Under the pieces are notes generated by a model. The model worked only from the letters and a program-made list of their open reading frames with translations. It made no database searches and was not told the origin of the DNA. Positions 59,654 through 64,000 of a DNA stretch of 64,000 nucleotides are shown in pieces. Positions within the stretch are counted from its first letter, which is position 1. Every line of letters starts with the position of its first letter. The stretch is from Octopus vulgaris (taxonomy: Eukaryota). The stretch is taken from positions 27,528,001-27,592,000 of the forward strand of contig OX597814.1 of the NCBI GenBank assembly GCA_951406725.2. Reading direction: 5' to 3'. Position numbers and translations under genes: made by a program.

Positions 59654-60027
59654 AGACCCCCTTCGGTCACGACACTGACCTAGGGACTGGACCTAGAAAG
59701 TTACCCTCCCAGACACAAGTTACTCTCCCAGACTGCTGGTCTTCCATAAAACAACCTTGCCCGGTTGTTTTATGGAAGACCAGCAGTCGCGCATGCATAC
59801 CGGTCTCCCCTCTCCACGGCACCAGTGTTATCCAAGGGAAAGGCAAAGGGGCCGATACAGCTTGGCACCTGTGACGTCGCAACTCATTTCTACAGCTGAG
59901 TGAACTGAAGCAACGTGAAACAAAGTGTCTTGCTCAAGAACACAACATGCAGCCCAGTCCGGGATTCGAGCTCACAGCCTCACGATCGTAAGCTCGACGT
60001 TCTAACCACTGAGCCATGCGCCTTCAC
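59654..60027 (-). mobile_element. SINE family C
   Basis: tRNA-like head gtgaaggcgcatggctcagtggttagaacgtcgagcttacgatcgtgagg on the minus strand. Confidence 0.88.
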
Positions 60028-60199
60028 CACACAACTAAATACTATCTATTTATATCTTATACTGTACCGACAAAGGTAACTTTTAACTGTGCGTATGCCC
60101 TACAAAATACATACAGTTGGCAAATGGATCTCCGTCGGTTTCAACGCTGTGTAAGTTCGATCATTCGAGATATGATGCGTCACATGTTCTCTTTCGTAC

Positions 60200-60520
60200 A
60201 TGTTCTCTTTCGTATCCTCTCTGTTGTTTCTCCTCAATAGCTGGAATTACGAGCTTCAGCGAACGGTACCATTCATCGTGCTTGTATGGCCTTCTCCTCC
60301 CATGTGTCTGGGGAAAAGCCGGAATTCTTCACATGCCTCTCTATATCGCAACCACTGGCCACCACAATTCCTCTTGTCTTGATAGATATTAATCGTAGAA
60401 AACGGCCTTTGGGAGACTGGCGCCCTCCATCACGCCCAGCGTAGCTGCGATGAGTTAACGAGGGCTTCCACACTAACTGCACCAGAGATGTGCTGGGCCT
60501 CAATACCAGGAATGTGAATC
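60200..60520 (-). mobile_element. RTE-clade LINE C-terminal remnant
   Basis: QLRWA, MEGASLPKAVFY and RHVKNSGFSPDTWEEKA resemble RTE ORF2 LRWAGH..RM...RLPK..FY..TWE..A. Confidence 0.65.
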
Positions 60521-60777
60521 CGCCATTTGATATGCAAGATGGAATGCAGATGAAAATTCGAGTAAGTGGTTGAGTGTTCCACAGATGCAGGCACCTTAAA
60601 TGTATTCTTCAGGCAGAGTCAGCTCGACACAACAAAATACATACAACTACATGCACATGTCTAAATTAATCTGTTAAGTCATTTTAAAGTCAATTGTTTT
60701 GGTATCGTGTTCCATTCAAGTAGGGAGTTGTTAACTGAGATATGTCCAGGTATAGGTGGTTTGTCTGTGTATATATT

Positions 60778-60852
<75 letters not shown>

Positions 60853-61548
60853 CAGAAATTGTACCTCAGAGGTGAGAAACCGCTGACCCCTTTTCAAAAT
60901 TTGAAACTTCATCCAAACAAAATCTTTAAAAGCAGTTTCTTTAAAGAAACAATGTATTTGTAAAATTACAAATTCAATGCTTTTCTCGGCATATGTGTCC
61001 CCAATAGGTTCTTATGTACTTGAAATTCGACACTGAAGTTACAAAAATTCTTCATTTATGGTCCACACCAGTCATTGGGGGCAAACGGTGGTCCGCAGGA
61101 CTTTCTAAATACTACATATAATTACCTCGAATTTTATTTTAGCAGTGTGTTCTACCTGATGTTGATCCATGTCTCAAGCGGCTTGCTACTCGAAAAACTG
61201 TTAAGTACACCTAGTTTACACTGTTGCTCAGCTTACTAAATATAACAGCCAAATCTGTCTCAAATATTCAACACCGTTTAAAAACAAATAACTAAACTAA
61301 AAATTCTCGACGCCAAAATATATCGTGAAAGATTTATCTCATTGAGGTCATTTATAGTATTATCCAAAACAAACATACTGATCGATTATTGAAACGATAC
61401 TAAATGATAATGTCTAGAAAAACTTGCATTGATCCTGCAACAAATCCAGATTTTCGTTTACTAAGTATTTGCTCTGCCAAAATATAATGCAATCAAGTTT
61501 ATATTTTTGTCACATCGAGGGAGGGTCATTATGCAAATAATAAGCACA

Positions 61549-61670
<122 letters not shown>

Positions 61671-62089
61671 AACACACACACACTGAGTATATTTTACTTC
61701 GTAATTTTTATTTGCTAATTGGTTAACTGTTTAACCAATCAACTAATCGATTGTTTGATTAATCGTTCGGTCAATCAATCAATCGGCTGGGTTTCTCAAA
61801 GTCCCCTGGTCGCCATCCGCAACTTTATCAATGACATGTCTACTCTAATTCAGCAGACCTGGATAGGAGAAGACATCATTGATTAATCAAGTGACAAAGA
61901 AAAACAAAGAAGTAAAATAGGACCAGTGCGTGTGTTTTTTATCGTCATAATAACCCTCCCTAGATACAAGATTTGTTTCAACACACGAGTTCACATCAAG
62001 AATCTTGCAAACCAAATACAACGAAGTTTATTCTCTTAGATTCTGTATCATTTAATAGTCATCTTAGACATTAATATGACCTTAACATT

Positions 62090-62615
62090 ATTGGTTTCAA
62101 GTTTTGCCACCAGGGTTGACTTTGCCTTTCATCCTTTCGGGGTCGATAAATTAAGTACCAGTTACGCACTGGGGTCGATGTAATCGACTGATCCCCTCCC
62201 CCAAAATGTCAGGCCTTTTGCCTATTGGAGAAAGGATTATTGGTTTCAAATTTTGGCAATAGGTGAGCAGTTTAGGGGAAGGGGTAAGTCTATTACATCG
62301 GCCCCAGAGCTTAACTGGCACTTATTTCAGTGACCCCGAAAGGATGAAAGACAAAGTCGACTTTGGCGGAATTTGAACTCAGCACGTAAAGACGGGTGAA
62401 ATACCTATTTCTTTACTACCTACAAGGGGCTAAACTCAGAGAGGACAAACAAGGACAGACAAACGGTTTAAGTCGATTATATCGACCCCAATGCATAACT
62501 GGTACTTATTTAATCGACCCCGAAAGGATGAAAGGCAAAGTCGACCTCGGCGGAATTTGAACTCAGAACGTAGCGTTTTGCCCGGCGTGCTAACGATTCT
62601 GTCAGATCGCCGTCT
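62090..62615. mobile_element. cluster of family D SINE fragments in both orientations
   Basis: Core on the plus strand at ~62115-62200 and on the minus strand at ~62300-62400 and ~62470-62615. Confidence 0.75.
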
Positions 62616-62879
62616 TATATGACCTTAACATTATTATCAATATTTTCTGCAGTTGTTTACCAAATTACGAAAAAAAAAAAAAAAGTAAGTTAGTGAATAG
62701 TTATATTTTAGAAAAAATATATGTACAGATTTCATTGAAATCAAAGAAACTTCATCAGTAATAATACATTAATATTTAGTTTCCGATAATTAATTGAAAA
62801 TTTAATTTTTGTTGACTTCGTAATGTGCACATTAACTAAAATTGTAGAAAACTGCGAATGCAAACCGTTTTCTCTTTTG

Positions 62880-63094
62880 CTTTTCTCTTACTTGTTTCAG
62901 TCTTGGACTGCGGCCATGCTGGGTGACAGCCTTGAAGAATTTTCGAACGAATCGATCTCAGTACCTTTTTTTTTAAGCCTGGTACTTTTTCTATCGGGCT
63001 CTTTGGCCGAAACGCTAAGTTAAAGAAACGTAAACGTACCATCACCGGTTGTCAAGAGGTTATGGTGAGCAAGTACAAAGACACACACACACAT

Positions 63095-63159
<65 letters not shown>

Positions 63160-63360
63160 TATATAATTATAAAAAATAATTATAATTAAGTAAATAATTA
63201 TAAGAATATGATTATAATTAAGGGCGCTGGAATACCAGCGCCTATACGCTAGAAGTTGATGTTAAACACCTACAATCCACTCTAAATATGTTTTCTACAT
63301 ACATACATACATACATACATACATACATACATACAGACAGACAGACAGACAGAAAGACAA

Positions 63361-63447
<87 letters not shown>

Positions 63448-63590
63448 TAGCACACACTTTATTAGTTTCCGTCTATCAAATCCACTCACAAAGCCCGAGG
63501 CTATAGTTGAAGACACATGCCCAAGGTATCCCACAGTGGTATTGAACCCGGAATCAATGTGGTTGGGAAGCAAACGTCTTGCCACAAGCC
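62880..63590 (-). mobile_element. old SINE family B split by microsatellite and other insertions
   Basis: Tail at 62880-63090 and head at 63455-63590. Confidence 0.6.
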
Positions 63591-64000
63591 AAATTTACCC
63601 CACTCTGCATTTGGAGTTCTATCTCCTTTGTCTTCCATGTCGGTTTCTTTTTCACTAAGCTACGTCGGCAAAAATCAGTAAATATAAAATGAGAAGCGTA
63701 GAATGTAACGCTTGGTCGCTTCGGCTCTTCTGAGAGTGAGGAACTGAAGGAAAATAAATTCAGGAAATTCAGAAAGTGCTTTTGTAGAAAGAAGGTAGGT
63801 CAAAGAAGGTGAATGTGAAATGTGGAAAAGTAAAGGATGCAAAGTGAAAGAAGGATAAGAGTAACAAACATGTGCACATATACAACAAAGGTGTATAAAT
63901 ACAAAAATATACTACTCTAACACACACACACACACACATACACACACACTAGTATAGCTTTCCTGAAGCATTGTCAGGAATATCTAGTAAATATCTTTTA

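Overview
Eukaryotic, AT-rich and very repeat-dense genomic DNA. The SINE families and the microsatellite load point to a coleoid cephalopod, most likely Octopus (inference). The only host gene I can support is on the minus strand in the first 10 kb: three phase-compatible GT-AG exons (8870-8998, 6840-7051, 3730-3816) encode a protein resembling the N-terminal domain of the shelterin subunit TIN2 (TINF2), preceded by a motif resembling helix 1 of the TRF1 TRFH domain. The gene probably continues off the left edge. The other ~54 kb is a transposon graveyard: a truncated Penelope-like element with an inverted terminal repeat, a dispersed family of minimal hammerhead-ribozyme-like motifs, long fold-back palindromes, Helitron remnants (one intact non-autonomous copy and a decayed helicase), mariner, maT and Tigger remnants, piggyBac-like MITEs, CR1/RTE/R4-like LINE fragments, at least five SINE-like families, tandem duplications, a minisatellite and many microsatellites. 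Nearly all ORFs in the supplied track are microsatellite translation artefacts. All protein similarities were judged by eye against remembered sequences; no database search was run.
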